The notes beneath the pieces were generated by a model that saw nothing but the letters and a program-made list of their open reading frames with translations, did not search any database and was not told where the DNA came from. A DNA stretch of 64,000 nucleotides from Coraliomargarita sp. (GTDB lineage Bacteria; Verrucomicrobiota; Verrucomicrobiia; Opitutales; Coraliomargaritaceae): the NCBI GenBank assembly GCA_965216325.1, contig OZ244160.1, positions 1,056,001-1,120,000 on the forward strand, read 5' to 3'. Positions 22,967-39,184 of this stretch are shown here, one piece after another; positions within the stretch are counted from its first letter, which is position 1; the number at the start of each line of letters is the position of its first letter. A program made the position numbers and the translations under genes.

Positions 22967-23095
22967 CTCCTGTAATATCTTGGTGCCTCAAGGGGCCTGC
23001 AATTACGAATACGTGCCAGCCACGCTTTCGGATTGATTCCGCTGCATGAGGTGGCAATTCTGCAACGCTTCACTCCAACAGAAGAGATCATAATT

Positions 23096-24004
23096 ATGGC
23101 AAAAGGATTACTTTTTTCCGGACAAGGTGCACAGCAAGTCGGCATGGGTCGCTCGCTGTATGATAACTCGGAGATCGCGAAGGCGCTCTACGACGAGGCC
23201 AATGAGGTGCTTGGCTGGGACCTGAAAGGAATCTGCTTTAATGGCCCCGACGAGGCATTGACTGAAACAAAGGTCTGCCAGCCAGCCCTTTATGTGCAAG
23301 GCTACGCGCTCTACAGCATCCTTAAAGATCAGGACAAGCTCGACGACGTGACTGCGGCGTGCGGACTCAGCCTCGGTGAGCTCACTGCACTTGCTGCTGC
23401 GGGCGTCTACGATTTTGCAACGGGCCTTAAGCTGGTCGCTGAGCGCGGTCGCCTGATGCAAGAAGCTTGCGACGCGACGAAGGGGGGCATGGCTGCGGTT
23501 ATCGGCGGCACACCTGAAGCGGTGCAAGAGTTCTGCGACAAGTTCGACATCGAGATCGCCAACCTGAATTGTCCGGGGCAGATCGTCATTTCCGGCGAAA
23601 ACGAGAAGGTGCTCGAAGCCGTCGCCAATTCAAAGGAAGCAGGCTTTAAGCTCTGCAAGCCGCTCAATGTGGCTGGTGCGTATCACAGCCGCCTGATGGT
23701 GTCTGCACGCGATGCGTTCGCAGAGTTCATCAAGGATTTCGACTTTAAGGCTCCAGAGATAGCCGTTTACACCAATGTGACGGGTGCCCGCGTGTCCGAA
23801 CCGGCCGACATCAAGGAAAACCTCGTCAAACAGGTCGTTTCCTCGGTTCGCTTCGAGGACAACCTTCGCAACATGGCTGCTGAAAACAGCCTGACTGATT
23901 TCTACGAGTGTGGCCCTGGCAAGGTGCTCGCCGGCTTCGGTAAACGCATCGACCGCTCGCTCAACATCACACCGGTTTCCGAATTCGAAGACCTTTCTGC
24001 CTAA
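23096..24004 (+). CDS. fabD: Malonyl-CoA:ACP transacylase
   Basis: FSGQGAQ..GMG, GLSLGE, ANLNCPGQIVISG, VAGAYHS, ECGPG. Confidence 0.95.
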   Translation: MAKGLLFSGQGAQQVGMGRSLYDNSEIAKALYDEANEVLGWDLKGICFNGPDEALTETKVCQPALYVQGYALYSILKDQDKLDDVTAACGLSLGELTALAAAGVYDFATGLKLVAERGRLMQEACDATKGGMAAVIGGTPEAVQEFCDKFDIEIANLNCPGQIVISGENEKVLEAVANSKEAGFKLCKPLNVAGAYHSRLMVSARDAFAEFIKDFDFKAPEIAVYTNVTGARVSEPADIKENLVKQVVSSVRFEDNLRNMAAENSLTDFYECGPGKVLAGFGKRIDRSLNITPVSEFEDLSA

Positions 24005-24020
24005 ATTAGGCAGAAAGCCT

Positions 24021-24156
24021 CTCTTAATCTTACTCATAATCCTACTCTTAATCCTAGCGCAGCCACCAAGTGCTAGGATTAAGTGCAGGATTGTTCGTTT
24101 CAGTAGTGGACAAGTCCGAAAAAGATTATGATTAAGACTAAGATTACGATTAAGAC
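24021..24156. repeat. Hexamer-periodic inverted repeat (TTAATC/TTACTC tract facing GATTAA/GACTAA tract)
   Basis: CTCTTAATCTTACTCATAATCCTACTCTTAATCC ... GATTATGATTAAGACTAAGATTACGATTAAGA. Confidence 0.8.
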
Positions 24157-24174
24157 TTAATAGTCTCCCTCTCA

Positions 24175-25980
24175 ATGACCGATCTGAACCATACTCGCAA
24201 CTTCTGCATTATCGCGCATGTCGACCACGGCAAAACGACGCTGTCTGACCGTATCCTCGAACTGACACGCACTGTCGAGATGCGTGAGATGAAGGACCAG
24301 CTACTCGACTCGATGGACCTGGAGCGCGAGCGTGGCATCACGATTAAGAGTCACCCGGTATCCATGGTCTATAAGGCACAGGATGGCCAGGACTACACTT
24401 TCAACCTGATCGACACGCCCGGACACGTGGATTTCTCCTATGAAGTGTCCCGTAGTTTGGCCGCGTGTGAGGGCGCGATGTTGCTGATCGACGCAGCACA
24501 GGGCATCGAAGCGCAAACCGTTGCCAATGCGCACCTTGCGATGGAGCAGGGGCTCGAAATCATTCCAGTTATCAACAAGGTGGATCTTCCAGGCGCGGAC
24601 ATTCCGGCCATTCAAGCGCAGCTGGAGGACGTCCTGGCAATTCCTGCTGAAGAGGCCGTGCTCACCAGCGGCAAGACCGGCATTGGCATTGAAGACCTTA
24701 TGCAGGCTGCAGTTGCACGTGTGCCGAAGCCACGTTGGGCAGAAATCAATGGCCTGCGCGTGCTAATTTTTGACTGTGTTTACGATGCCTTTAAGGGTGT
24801 CATTTGTTATGTGCGCGTATTCTCCGGTTCGGTGAAGCGGGGCGATACCATTGTTACGATGAGCGACCAGCGCAAGGCGCAGGTCAAGGAGGTCGGTAAG
24901 TTCTCGCCGGAAATGACCAAGCAAGAGACGCTGGTTCCCGGGGACGTCGGCTATATCGTGACGAACATTCGTGACGTCGCCGACATTAAGTTGGGTGACA
25001 CCATCACACTCGCCAATGCACCTGCCGAAGAAATGCTTCCTGGCTATAAGGAGGTCAGTCCGATGGTGTTCAGTGGCATTTATCCGATCGACACTAACGA
25101 CTACAATAAGCTGAAGGCGTCCGTTGGTAAACTGCGCCTCAATGATGCGGCCTTTGTGTATCAGTCTGAAAACTCAGTGGCGTTGGGCTTCGGTTTCCGT
25201 TGTGGTTTCTTGGGGCTATTGCACATGGAGATCATTCAGGAGCGCATTCGCCGTGAATACGATCTCGATGTGATTTCCACCTATCCGAGCGTGGTATATC
25301 ACGTAATGAAAACGGATGGTGAGCAAGTCGAAGTGCACAACCCGGTCCACCTACCAGACCCGGCCGAGATTGACTACATTGAAGAGCCGATGATCAAGGC
25401 CTCCATTCACATCCCAAGCGATTCGATTGGTGATGTGTTGGCGCTGATGAGTGAAAAACGTGGCCTGTGTGAGCACACTGAGACGATTGATGATACTCGT
25501 GTGATGCTGGTTTGCCGCGTGCCTTTGAATGAGATTTTGGTCGATTTCAACGACCGCCTAAAGAGCATCACACACGGCTATGGCTCAATGGACTACGAGA
25601 TGGACGGCTATGAGCAAGCCAAGCTGAACCGCTTGGATATCCTTGTGAATGGCGAACAAGTGGATGCGTTCTCATCGATTGTTCACGTGGATAAAGCCGA
25701 AGGCAAGGGCAGGGCGCTTTGCGCACGCCTCAAGGAGATCCTGCCACGCCAGATGTTCAAGATCGCCATTCAGGCTGCAATTGGTGGCAAGGTGGTTGCC
25801 CGCGAGACCATTAGCGCATTGCGTAAGGACGTGACCGCAAAGTGTTACGGTGGTGATATTTCCCGTAAGCGTAAGCTACTTGAAAAGCAGAAAGAGGGTA
25901 AGAAGCGCATGAAGAATATTGGCAGCGTTTCGATTCCTCAGGATGCCTTCATCAAAATCCTTAAGACATCTGACAGCTAG
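24175..25980 (+). CDS. lepA: Elongation factor 4
   Basis: IIAHVDHGKTT, DTPGHVDF, GFRCGFLGLLH, KCYGGDISRKRKLLEKQK. Confidence 0.98.
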   Translation: MTDLNHTRNFCIIAHVDHGKTTLSDRILELTRTVEMREMKDQLLDSMDLERERGITIKSHPVSMVYKAQDGQDYTFNLIDTPGHVDFSYEVSRSLAACEGAMLLIDAAQGIEAQTVANAHLAMEQGLEIIPVINKVDLPGADIPAIQAQLEDVLAIPAEEAVLTSGKTGIGIEDLMQAAVARVPKPRWAEINGLRVLIFDCVYDAFKGVICYVRVFSGSVKRGDTIVTMSDQRKAQVKEVGKFSPEMTKQETLVPGDVGYIVTNIRDVADIKLGDTITLANAPAEEMLPGYKEVSPMVFSGIYPIDTNDYNKLKASVGKLRLNDAAFVYQSENSVALGFGFRCGFLGLLHMEIIQERIRREYDLDVISTYPSVVYHVMKTDGEQVEVHNPVHLPDPAEIDYIEEPMIKASIHIPSDSIGDVLALMSEKRGLCEHTETIDDTRVMLVCRVPLNEILVDFNDRLKSITHGYGSMDYEMDGYEQAKLNRLDILVNGEQVDAFSSIVHVDKAEGKGRALCARLKEILPRQMFKIAIQAAIGGKVVARETISALRKDVTAKCYGGDISRKRKLLEKQKEGKKRMKNIGSVSIPQDAFIKILKTSDS

Positions 25981-26003
25981 ACGTATCCAAACGATTGATA
26001 CAC

Positions 26004-27218
<1,215 letters not shown>

Positions 27219-27280
27219 TTTTCAGTCGTCCAGTCAGCTTGATTATATTTCCCAAGCCACAACTTATTTGCGCCTATGTC

Positions 27281-27308
27281 ACTACGCACAATATATATTA
27301 TGTCTAAT
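27281..27308 (+). other. dif-like XerC/XerD site
   Basis: ACTACGCACAA-TATATA-TTATGTCTAAT versus E. coli dif GGTGCGCATAA-TGTATA-TTATGTTAAAT; intergenic. Confidence 0.75.
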
Positions 27309-27380
27309 TGAGGTTGCCGTGAGGGTCGTGCCCGTGTCCTAGTATCTTGCAACTGTTGAATGGCTTATTGGAAGCTGGCT

Positions 27381-27410
27381 TTGACATGCGCTCCACTTTA
27401 CTCGCATGAT
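27381..27410 (+). promoter_or_regulatory. Putative sigma70 promoter of malQ
   Basis: TTGACA-N18-CATGAT 24 bp upstream of the ATG. Confidence 0.45.
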
Positions 27411-27434
27411 GTCAACCCCTCTTACTAAGCGAAA

Positions 27435-28970
27435 ATGAGTTCACAGCAGAAACCTCTCTACGACTGGCTAACAAAACGTGCTGCTGGCGCGTTGCTTCAC
27501 ATCAGTTCCCTTCCATCAGCAACTGGCATCGGTAATTTTGGTTCCGGTGCGTATCGCTTTGTCGACTTTTTAAAATCCGCTGGTTTGTCGGTCTGGCAGT
27601 TGTGCCCGCTTGGGCCAACTGGTTTTGGTGACTCACCGTACCAGTGCTTTTCGGCTTTTGCAGGAAATCCCTATTTTATCGACCTTGAGCCGTTAATTCA
27701 CGAGGGCCTTATACATGAACATGAGATGGCGCCACTGCGCGCCCTTCCGTTAAACTCAAGCAACTACGGCGAGCTATATCAGGCAATCTGGCCGGTGCTC
27801 GAGGTCGCTTACGAGCGCTTCGCAGCCTCAGGCGCAGACCACATCCAAGACTACGGCTGCATTAAGCATTTCCGCACCGAACAGGCGCGTTGGCTCGATG
27901 ATTACGCCCTTTTCATGGCCTTAAAGAGCAACTTCGGGGGCAAGTGCTGGCTCGATTGGCCTGCTGGCTCACGAGACTATGCAAAAGCCAAGAAAGCGAA
28001 ACTTACAGCAAAGCTGACTAAGGCATTCGAAGCGCAGGTATTCTACCAGTATCTATTCTTTGCCCAGCTTGCAAAGTTACGAGCCTATGCGGCTGCAAAT
28101 GGCGTCGAAATCGTTGGCGATGTGCCGATTTTTGTCGCCTTGGATAGCGCCGACGTTTGGGCGAATCGCGCCCTCTTCCAATTGGAGAAATCGGGCAAAC
28201 CTAAGGCTGTGGCGGGTGTTCCGCCGGACGCCTTCTCCGATGATGGGCAACTTTGGGGGAATCCGCTTTACGACTGGAAGAGGCATCAAGCGGACGAGTT
28301 TCAATGGTGGATTGAACGCATTCAGAGCAATCTCGCCTTCTTCGACATTGTCCGACTCGACCATTTCCGTGGCTTCGAATCGTATTGGTCGGTGCCTGCT
28401 GGCGATGAGACTGCGCGTAATGGCGAGTGGTTGCCCTGCCCTGGCCTGGAGTTGTTTGAGGCAATCCAGAAGGCTTGCCCGGACGCTAAATTCATTGCTG
28501 AAGATTTGGGCGTTATCACGGAGGAAGTTGAGGAGCTGTGTGCAGCGACTGGCTTGCCACGCATGGCAGTATTGCAGTTTGCCTTTGGTGATGGGCCGCA
28601 AAATCCTTTCTTGCCGCATAATATCGGCAGCAACTATGTCGTGTATTCAGGAACTCACGACAATGAGACAACTGTGGGTTGGTATGAGTCTGTGGATAGT
28701 ACAGTTCAGGACCACGCACGCCGTTATTTCAGTGTTTCCGGTGAAAACATGGCATGGGACTTTATACGCGCTGCACTACGCTCGCATGCCAAGTTGGCAA
28801 TTGTACCTTTGCAGGACTTCATGTCGCTTGGTAATGAGGCTCGTTTCAACTCCCCGGGTGAAGCGATGGGCAATTGGCAATGGCGCTACACCCCTGAGCA
28901 ATTGGATCAACTTCAACACGACAGTTCCGCCTACATTAAAGAGCAACTCGGAATGTATGGTCGGTTGTAG
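27435..28970 (+). CDS. malQ: 4-alpha-glucanotransferase (GH77)
   Basis: LLHISSLP, DSPY..SAFAGNP, GVPPD.FS..GQLWGNP, RLDHFRG, AEDLG, GTHDN. Confidence 0.96.
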   Translation: MSSQQKPLYDWLTKRAAGALLHISSLPSATGIGNFGSGAYRFVDFLKSAGLSVWQLCPLGPTGFGDSPYQCFSAFAGNPYFIDLEPLIHEGLIHEHEMAPLRALPLNSSNYGELYQAIWPVLEVAYERFAASGADHIQDYGCIKHFRTEQARWLDDYALFMALKSNFGGKCWLDWPAGSRDYAKAKKAKLTAKLTKAFEAQVFYQYLFFAQLAKLRAYAAANGVEIVGDVPIFVALDSADVWANRALFQLEKSGKPKAVAGVPPDAFSDDGQLWGNPLYDWKRHQADEFQWWIERIQSNLAFFDIVRLDHFRGFESYWSVPAGDETARNGEWLPCPGLELFEAIQKACPDAKFIAEDLGVITEEVEELCAATGLPRMAVLQFAFGDGPQNPFLPHNIGSNYVVYSGTHDNETTVGWYESVDSTVQDHARRYFSVSGENMAWDFIRAALRSHAKLAIVPLQDFMSLGNEARFNSPGEAMGNWQWRYTPEQLDQLQHDSSAYIKEQLGMYGRL

Positions 28971-29029
28971 CTCAGGCGTCTCGCCTGAGTCTTAGGTCTA
29001 ATTTAACACAGGCGAGACGCCTGTGTTAC
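28967..29029. repeat. Inverted pair of GTAG-type REP hairpins
   Basis: GTAGCTCAGGCGTCTCGCCTGAG ... CACAGGCGAGACGCCTGTGTTAC. Confidence 0.75.
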
Positions 29030-29031
29030 GC

Positions 29032-29445
29032 CTAGATGTAATACATCTGCTCATTATCCCTGACGATGAAATCTTCCAGCGTGTAAGCCTTCACCTTTTC
29101 CTCGAAGCTCTTGCCAATATCGCACCAGATGCCGGCAACGCGTTCGCCCGAGTGACCATCAGTGTCGAAGTTGCGTTCCAGTAGTTCGCTGTCGACCGCG
29201 TTGATGATCTGAGCTAGGCCAATCTTATTCGGCTCGTGTGCGAGCGCATAGCCACCCTGCTTGCCTCGTTTGCTGGTGATCAGGCCGGATGTGCGCAGCT
29301 CGTTGAGGATTTGCACCAAATAGTTGGCCGGAATCGCCTCGGCCTCAGCAAGCGTGTCAATGTGGGCCAATTTTTCTTGTCCGTAGCTACGCCCTAATTG
29401 GGCCAAAACGCGGCAGGCATACTCAAGCTTGTGGGACAGTTTCAT
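29032..29445 (-). CDS. Rrf2 family transcriptional regulator (CymR-like, lacking the IscR Cys triad)
   Basis: MKLS...YA.R, IPANYLVQIL, SKRGKQGGYALA. Confidence 0.9.
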   Translation of the reverse strand: MKLSHKLEYACRVLAQLGRSYGQEKLAHIDTLAEAEAIPANYLVQILNELRTSGLITSKRGKQGGYALAHEPNKIGLAQIINAVDSELLERNFDTDGHSGERVAGIWCDIGKSFEEKVKAYTLEDFIVRDNEQMYYI

Positions 29446-29604
29446 TGTCCTTTTCTTAGGCTCTTGACCTAAGAAGTAAACTTATTTCTCAGGGCGGTTA
29501 AAATTACACGCGGATGGGTGTTGTAAGTGACTCATTCACAGTGCTATATGCGCGAGAATAAAAATATGTTTTAGCGTGACTTTTTAGTGGCAACTTTAGG
29601 CTAA

Positions 29605-32166
<2,562 letters not shown>

Positions 32167-32171
32167 GCGCC

Positions 32172-32264
32172 CTCTTACTCCTAATCCTACTCTGAATCCT
32201 AATCTATCCACAGCACTGCCATAGAAAGATCCGATTAAGAGTAAGATTAAGATTATGATTAAGA
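32172..32264. repeat. Hexamer-periodic inverted repeat, same family as 24021-24156
   Basis: CTCTTACTCCTAATCCTACTCTGAATCCTAATC ... GATTAAGAGTAAGATTAAGATTATGATTAAGA. Confidence 0.8.
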
Positions 32265-32285
32265 ATACATAAACACTTTAAGATA

Positions 32286-34784
<2,499 letters not shown>

Positions 34785-34810
34785 GAGATTCGTAACAAAC
34801 TATCTTGCCA

Positions 34811-34840
34811 GGGCCGTTCCATCAAGGAGCGGCCTTTTTT
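34811..34840 (+). terminator. gyrA intrinsic terminator
   Basis: GGCCGTTCC-loop-GGAGCGGCC-TTTTTT. Confidence 0.85.
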
Positions 34841-34892
34841 ATTATGGTTCAACAATTTGACTCATTTTTTTCTAGTTTGTGATCATGATGCC

Positions 34893-35117
34893 ATGGTCGG
34901 AGCCATCATCGCGTCTTCAGGTAGTGCCTCGCATCCCTTTGCCATTCTAATCGGGTTCTTCGCACTGTTTGGTAGTCTCTTTTACCTCTCACATCTGCAG
35001 GCGACGAAGCGGACAAAGAATTTAGCGACCGTGGCGGAATCGCTCAGTCTTGCGTTCAGCCAAGAATGGCCCCTACCTTTCCGTAATGCTGTGGGCTCGC
35101 TAGATCTATCAAGCTGA
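34893..35117 (+). pseudogene. Short TM-containing ORF, possibly a truncated gene remnant
   Basis: One TM helix then KRTKNLATVAESLSLAF, early stop, followed by ~230 bp without a clear ORF. Confidence 0.35.
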
Positions 35118-35351
35118 GCACACAACGAGCTTATAGGCCCCTTGGTCTACAGTAGGGATTCAAGTCTATGGCGACACATATTCGGCCGCCATTGCTGAGG
35201 CTGATTTCCGGCGCATTCGTGTAGTGACTGAGTCGTTTCATTAGTCTAGCATGAGCGTTCCGTGGACTATTACTTCGAGCACTTGTGGAGATGCCTATGC
35301 TAATGCGGGAATTCCTTTGCTAAATGCCAGCTTCCGCGAATTGTGGTTGCC

Positions 35352-35813
35352 ATGGCAAAAAGCTTTGAGTTGAAGGGCTACACTGTGGCGATTGGATTGC
35401 TGGTGCTCACGGGGATCGTGGGCATGCTCTTTATCGTGCTAGGCCCACAGGCTACCGAGAAAAGTCCTGGGGTGCTGCATGTGGGGGTTCGCTATGTCGA
35501 TGAGAGTAGTATTGCATTCGCACGCTTTGATAAGTCGGGGCCGGGCGCCCTACTCCAGTTCTTTAATGCTGACGATACTATGGTCTATCAGGTCGGCGAC
35601 CTGAAGATTGGGCGCAATCTGGTTCCGATTGAAACGGAGAATTTGCCCAGTGGCCAATATACCGCACGTCTCAGTGCGCCGGAGTATCAAACCGTGACAA
35701 TTGAAGTACAGGTTGAGGGGCGCATGCTGAACCCAGTTAAGGATACGGAATTCACGCTCGGCACGCACGCCGACTATAATATGATCGGGGTGCGCTTTCG
35801 ATCGGTCGACTGA
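35352..35813 (+). CDS. Hypothetical membrane-anchored protein
   Basis: N-terminal TM then beta-rich domain. Confidence 0.7.
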   Translation: MAKSFELKGYTVAIGLLVLTGIVGMLFIVLGPQATEKSPGVLHVGVRYVDESSIAFARFDKSGPGALLQFFNADDTMVYQVGDLKIGRNLVPIETENLPSGQYTARLSAPEYQTVTIEVQVEGRMLNPVKDTEFTLGTHADYNMIGVRFRSVD

Positions 35814-35835
35814 AAATAGCCCTGGTACCAGTGTA

Positions 35836-36951
35836 CTAACGCACAGCTTCGAGTGGAACGAGTTCGATTAAGGTAATTTCCGTTGGGCAATTGAAGCGCA
35901 TTGCGGGTAGTCCTTCGAAGCGATTTGAGCCTGCCCCCGCGGAAACATTCAGATAAGGGACTCCGATGCGCCGGAAGCCATGTGCCCAGTCGCGCGGAAC
36001 TTCGCTATCGGTTACGAGTGGTCCATACCATGGCACCTTGACCTGTCCACCATGTGTGTGTCCTGCAAGGCAGAGATCGATCGGGAGCTCGCCCACGCCA
36101 AGCGCGTAGTTCGGCGAATGCCCCATGAGAATACGGAAGTCGGATGAGTCAGATGCATCCAGCCACTGGTTGACCGAACGCTGTGCATAGCTGAAGTCGC
36201 GCGACTGGTTCAGGTTTAAGCCGTGCAGACTTAAGACTCCACCTACAGTTTCCACCTGAACACTACTCGAGGACAGCATCTGCATCGGCGCGAAGGCTTC
36301 TACCCTGAAGCGGTAGAGTAGATAATCCGTGTCCCCGTAGACGCCGTAGGTGCCGTAGCGCGGACTGGTTGTGCCGATCAAATCGACCAACTTTGGTAAT
36401 TCGCTATTGGTTGTGAGTGGTCGAACTGGTTGCACGAAATCACCGGTATTCAGAATAATATCTGGATCCAGTTCACGGATTATCTCGAAAAGCGCCTCTT
36501 CTTTGGCGCCAATTGCACCCGACTGTATGTCGGCAATGTGTAGCAGACGAACCGGGTGTGTGAGCTTCGGTGTGGCAATGCGCACGTGGCGAACCTCATG
36601 CCTGTTCGGCTCCACATGGGTTACCCAATAGCGCAGAAAAAACAAGTCCAGGGCAATAAACAGATAGATGCCAGCAATCCAGTAGAAGCGCGGAGTGCCG
36701 ATGCGCCCCATGATCGCAAAAAGTATAGACAGGCCTACTAAAGTCCAAGGCAGTTCCCAGAGGTTGAAATCGTATGCCCTGTGGATCTGCGCAAAGTTTG
36801 GGCGCAGCATACCCGCTTGCACGAACTGGTAGTTCCGGTAGCCAACGTAGACGCCGAATGCGACGAGAGCAATTAAGATCCACAACCAAACGCGTGACTT
36901 TTCCGGACGGGTGGCGATATCAACCATTCCGATTTCGTTGATTGGCTTCAT
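35836..36951 (-). CDS. Membrane-bound metallophosphoesterase (YkuE-like)
   Basis: HIADI, TGDF, GHSP, LAGHTHGGQ. Confidence 0.88.
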   Translation of the reverse strand: MKPINEIGMVDIATRPEKSRVWLWILIALVAFGVYVGYRNYQFVQAGMLRPNFAQIHRAYDFNLWELPWTLVGLSILFAIMGRIGTPRFYWIAGIYLFIALDLFFLRYWVTHVEPNRHEVRHVRIATPKLTHPVRLLHIADIQSGAIGAKEEALFEIIRELDPDIILNTGDFVQPVRPLTTNSELPKLVDLIGTTSPRYGTYGVYGDTDYLLYRFRVEAFAPMQMLSSSSVQVETVGGVLSLHGLNLNQSRDFSYAQRSVNQWLDASDSSDFRILMGHSPNYALGVGELPIDLCLAGHTHGGQVKVPWYGPLVTDSEVPRDWAHGFRRIGVPYLNVSAGAGSNRFEGLPAMRFNCPTEITLIELVPLEAVR

Positions 36952-37409
36952 TTGAGTGATTGGCGGCGCAATAGAAGGCGCAGGCTGAAAGGCAGTAAGG
37001 CCAGCGCACCAAATAACCAGCAGAAGACCAGTTCAAAACTTGCACGAAAACCGGATCGCTGTGCTTTTTGAAAAATTACAGTGCCGATCGCAATATTGAG
37101 CACCTGCCAATTGCAAAACAGGGCCAGAAAGATCATCGGGTGTCGTGAGAATTCCTGCGCGGCGGAGTAGCTGACATTCGTTTGCACTGAACCCGGCAGG
37201 AGTGCTGCATCATAAGACATCCATAAGACATACACGAGCACGAGCGCATAGAGTGGCGACAGCACAAAGGGTTGCGCAAGTGCTTGGACCCAGCGTTGCC
37301 GAGCAAAAAAGACCATCGCAAACCAAGCAGGTGCCGTCATTAGGGCGATAAACAAAAAAGCACGCTCCAAATCGTGTGCTCCAAATGTTTCAATCAACCA
37401 GATCGGCAT
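36948..37409 (-). CDS. ABA4/DUF4281-like membrane protein
   Basis: PAWFAM.F.., LYAL..VY pattern, four hydrophobic segments. Confidence 0.6.
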   Translation of the reverse strand: MPIWLIETFGAHDLERAFLFIALMTAPAWFAMVFFARQRWVQALAQPFVLSPLYALVLVYVLWMSYDAALLPGSVQTNVSYSAAQEFSRHPMIFLALFCNWQVLNIAIGTVIFQKAQRSGFRASFELVFCWLFGALALLPFSLRLLLRRQSLK

Positions 37410-37503
37410 GGTCTTTAGGAGTGAAAATGAACGTGAGAGTGACGGTGGCTAACTGCGGGATAGGCGTGATCACTTTTGCCCGAACCTTCACGGTTCACTC
37501 TCC

Positions 37504-38418
37504 TTAGTCGTTCTCTACGATTAAGGAGTAGGCTTCGATATAGCGTGCAAGTGTGCCCTCAAGCACCTCATCGGTAAGTGCCGGAGGCGGCGGGGTCTTA
37601 TCCCAATCAAGCCCTTCAAGGTAATCACGAACAAATTGCTTGTCGTAAGAGGGCTGTGCCCCTCCTGGTGCATAACTGCCCTTGGGCCAGTAGCGGGATG
37701 AATCCGGCGTCAGGATTTCATCGATCAAGTAGAGTTCCCCGTCTTCATCGGTGCCGAACTCAAACTTTGTATCCGCAAGAATGATACCAGCCTTGTCTGC
37801 ACGTGCTGCACCGAGTTGATACAACTCAATGCTTAGGTCGTGGACTTGTTTGAATAGATCTTCACCGATCAGGTCTGCCGCGGGTGCGCAATCGATTGGC
37901 ATGTCATGGCCGCTGGCGGCCTTGGTGGTTGGAGTGAACAGTGGTTGCGGCAGTTGGCTGCTCTCCTGAAGCCCTTCGGGTAGCTCGTACTCAAAGAGTT
38001 TACCATTTTGCTGATAATCTTTCCAGCCAGATCCAGATAGGTAGCCACGCACGATTGCCTCAATGGGGAGTGGCATGAGCTTCTTTACGATCATACTGCG
38101 CAGTGCCAGCTCTGGGTGATCCTGCGCCAGTTCAGCAATGCGCTCTGCATGATTGTCGACTAAGTGATGGCGTGTCAGCTTGGCGGCCTGCTTGAACCAA
38201 TAGAGGCTGATTTGAGTGAGCAAGGCACCCTTGCCGGCCAGACCTTCGTTCATGATGACATCGAAGGCAGAGACGCGGTCGGTTGCGACCATGAGCAAGG
38301 CATCTCCCATATCGAAGATTTCCCGCACTTTACCTTGGGCTACCAGCGGATATGGTAGGCCTTCGACCTTCATGAGTGCCTTCTCGGGCAAGCTAAATGG
38401 CAGTTGAGCTGTAGTCAT
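37504..38418 (-). CDS. purC: SAICAR synthetase
   Basis: GKVRE, TDRVSAFD, RGYLSGSGW, ADTKFEFG, DEILTPDSSRYW, DKQFVRDYL. Confidence 0.97.
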   Translation of the reverse strand: MTTAQLPFSLPEKALMKVEGLPYPLVAQGKVREIFDMGDALLMVATDRVSAFDVIMNEGLAGKGALLTQISLYWFKQAAKLTRHHLVDNHAERIAELAQDHPELALRSMIVKKLMPLPIEAIVRGYLSGSGWKDYQQNGKLFEYELPEGLQESSQLPQPLFTPTTKAASGHDMPIDCAPAADLIGEDLFKQVHDLSIELYQLGAARADKAGIILADTKFEFGTDEDGELYLIDEILTPDSSRYWPKGSYAPGGAQPSYDKQFVRDYLEGLDWDKTPPPPALTDEVLEGTLARYIEAYSLIVEND

Positions 38419-38505
38419 GCTCACTAAATGAGTGTGCAATCCCGCATTCGCAAACGGTTTCTTTCCGTTCAAATGAAATTTGTGACATTTATATCAAAAA
38501 AAGAC

Positions 38506-38533
38506 TTGCAGGAGCTAAGCCGAAACGTAGCTT
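38506..38533 (+). promoter_or_regulatory. Putative promoter of the tRNA-Glu cluster
   Basis: A-tract UP element, then TTGCAG-N16-TAGCTT. Confidence 0.45.
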
Positions 38534-38548
38534 CTCGGCTTCTTTCTT

Positions 38549-38630
<82 letters not shown>

Positions 38631-38671
38631 CTCAATAGAGGCGGCATCTTAGCGACAACAAGAAAGCTCCA

Positions 38672-38759
<88 letters not shown>

Positions 38760-38793
38760 GATCGAGGTGGCATCTCAGCACAGCAAGGAGGCA

Positions 38794-38884
<91 letters not shown>

Positions 38885-38901
38885 CATCCTGCATATGGTA
38901 G

Positions 38902-38929
38902 AAAACTCCCACACGTTGGGAGTTTTTTT
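38902..38929 (+). terminator. tRNA operon terminator
   Basis: AAAACTCCCA-CACGT-TGGGAGTTTTTTT. Confidence 0.85.
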
Positions 38930-39037
38930 GTGGCTGTTCCGAGCGATGAGAACCTTGGTTCGACGAAGCGAGAAGAAGCGAGCAAAGATGGGACTGCTCC
39001 TCGAGCAGGTCGCGACGCGATGACGCCGCGCGGCACC

Positions 39038-39102
39038 AATCCCCTACGGGATGTCATTGGAATCTTACAACGACCAAAAGCTCCCACAGCTTGGGAGCTT
39101 TT
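39038..39102 (+). repeat. Degenerate duplicate of the tRNA-Glu 3' end plus a second terminator
   Basis: AATCCCCTACGGGATGTCA (18/19 identical to the tRNA end), then AAAAGCTCCCACAGCTTGGGAGCTTTT. Confidence 0.8.
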
Positions 39103-39184
39103 GAAGCATATTTACTAGCCCTCGTCATGGATAAACGTTTTGCTGATGCAGAATTCAGTCAATCCACTGAATGGAACCTGTATC

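Noticed and set aside
28060..28995. 311-aa alternative-frame ORF inside malQ
   Set aside because: No recognisable motifs; nearly fully overlaps a well-supported gene
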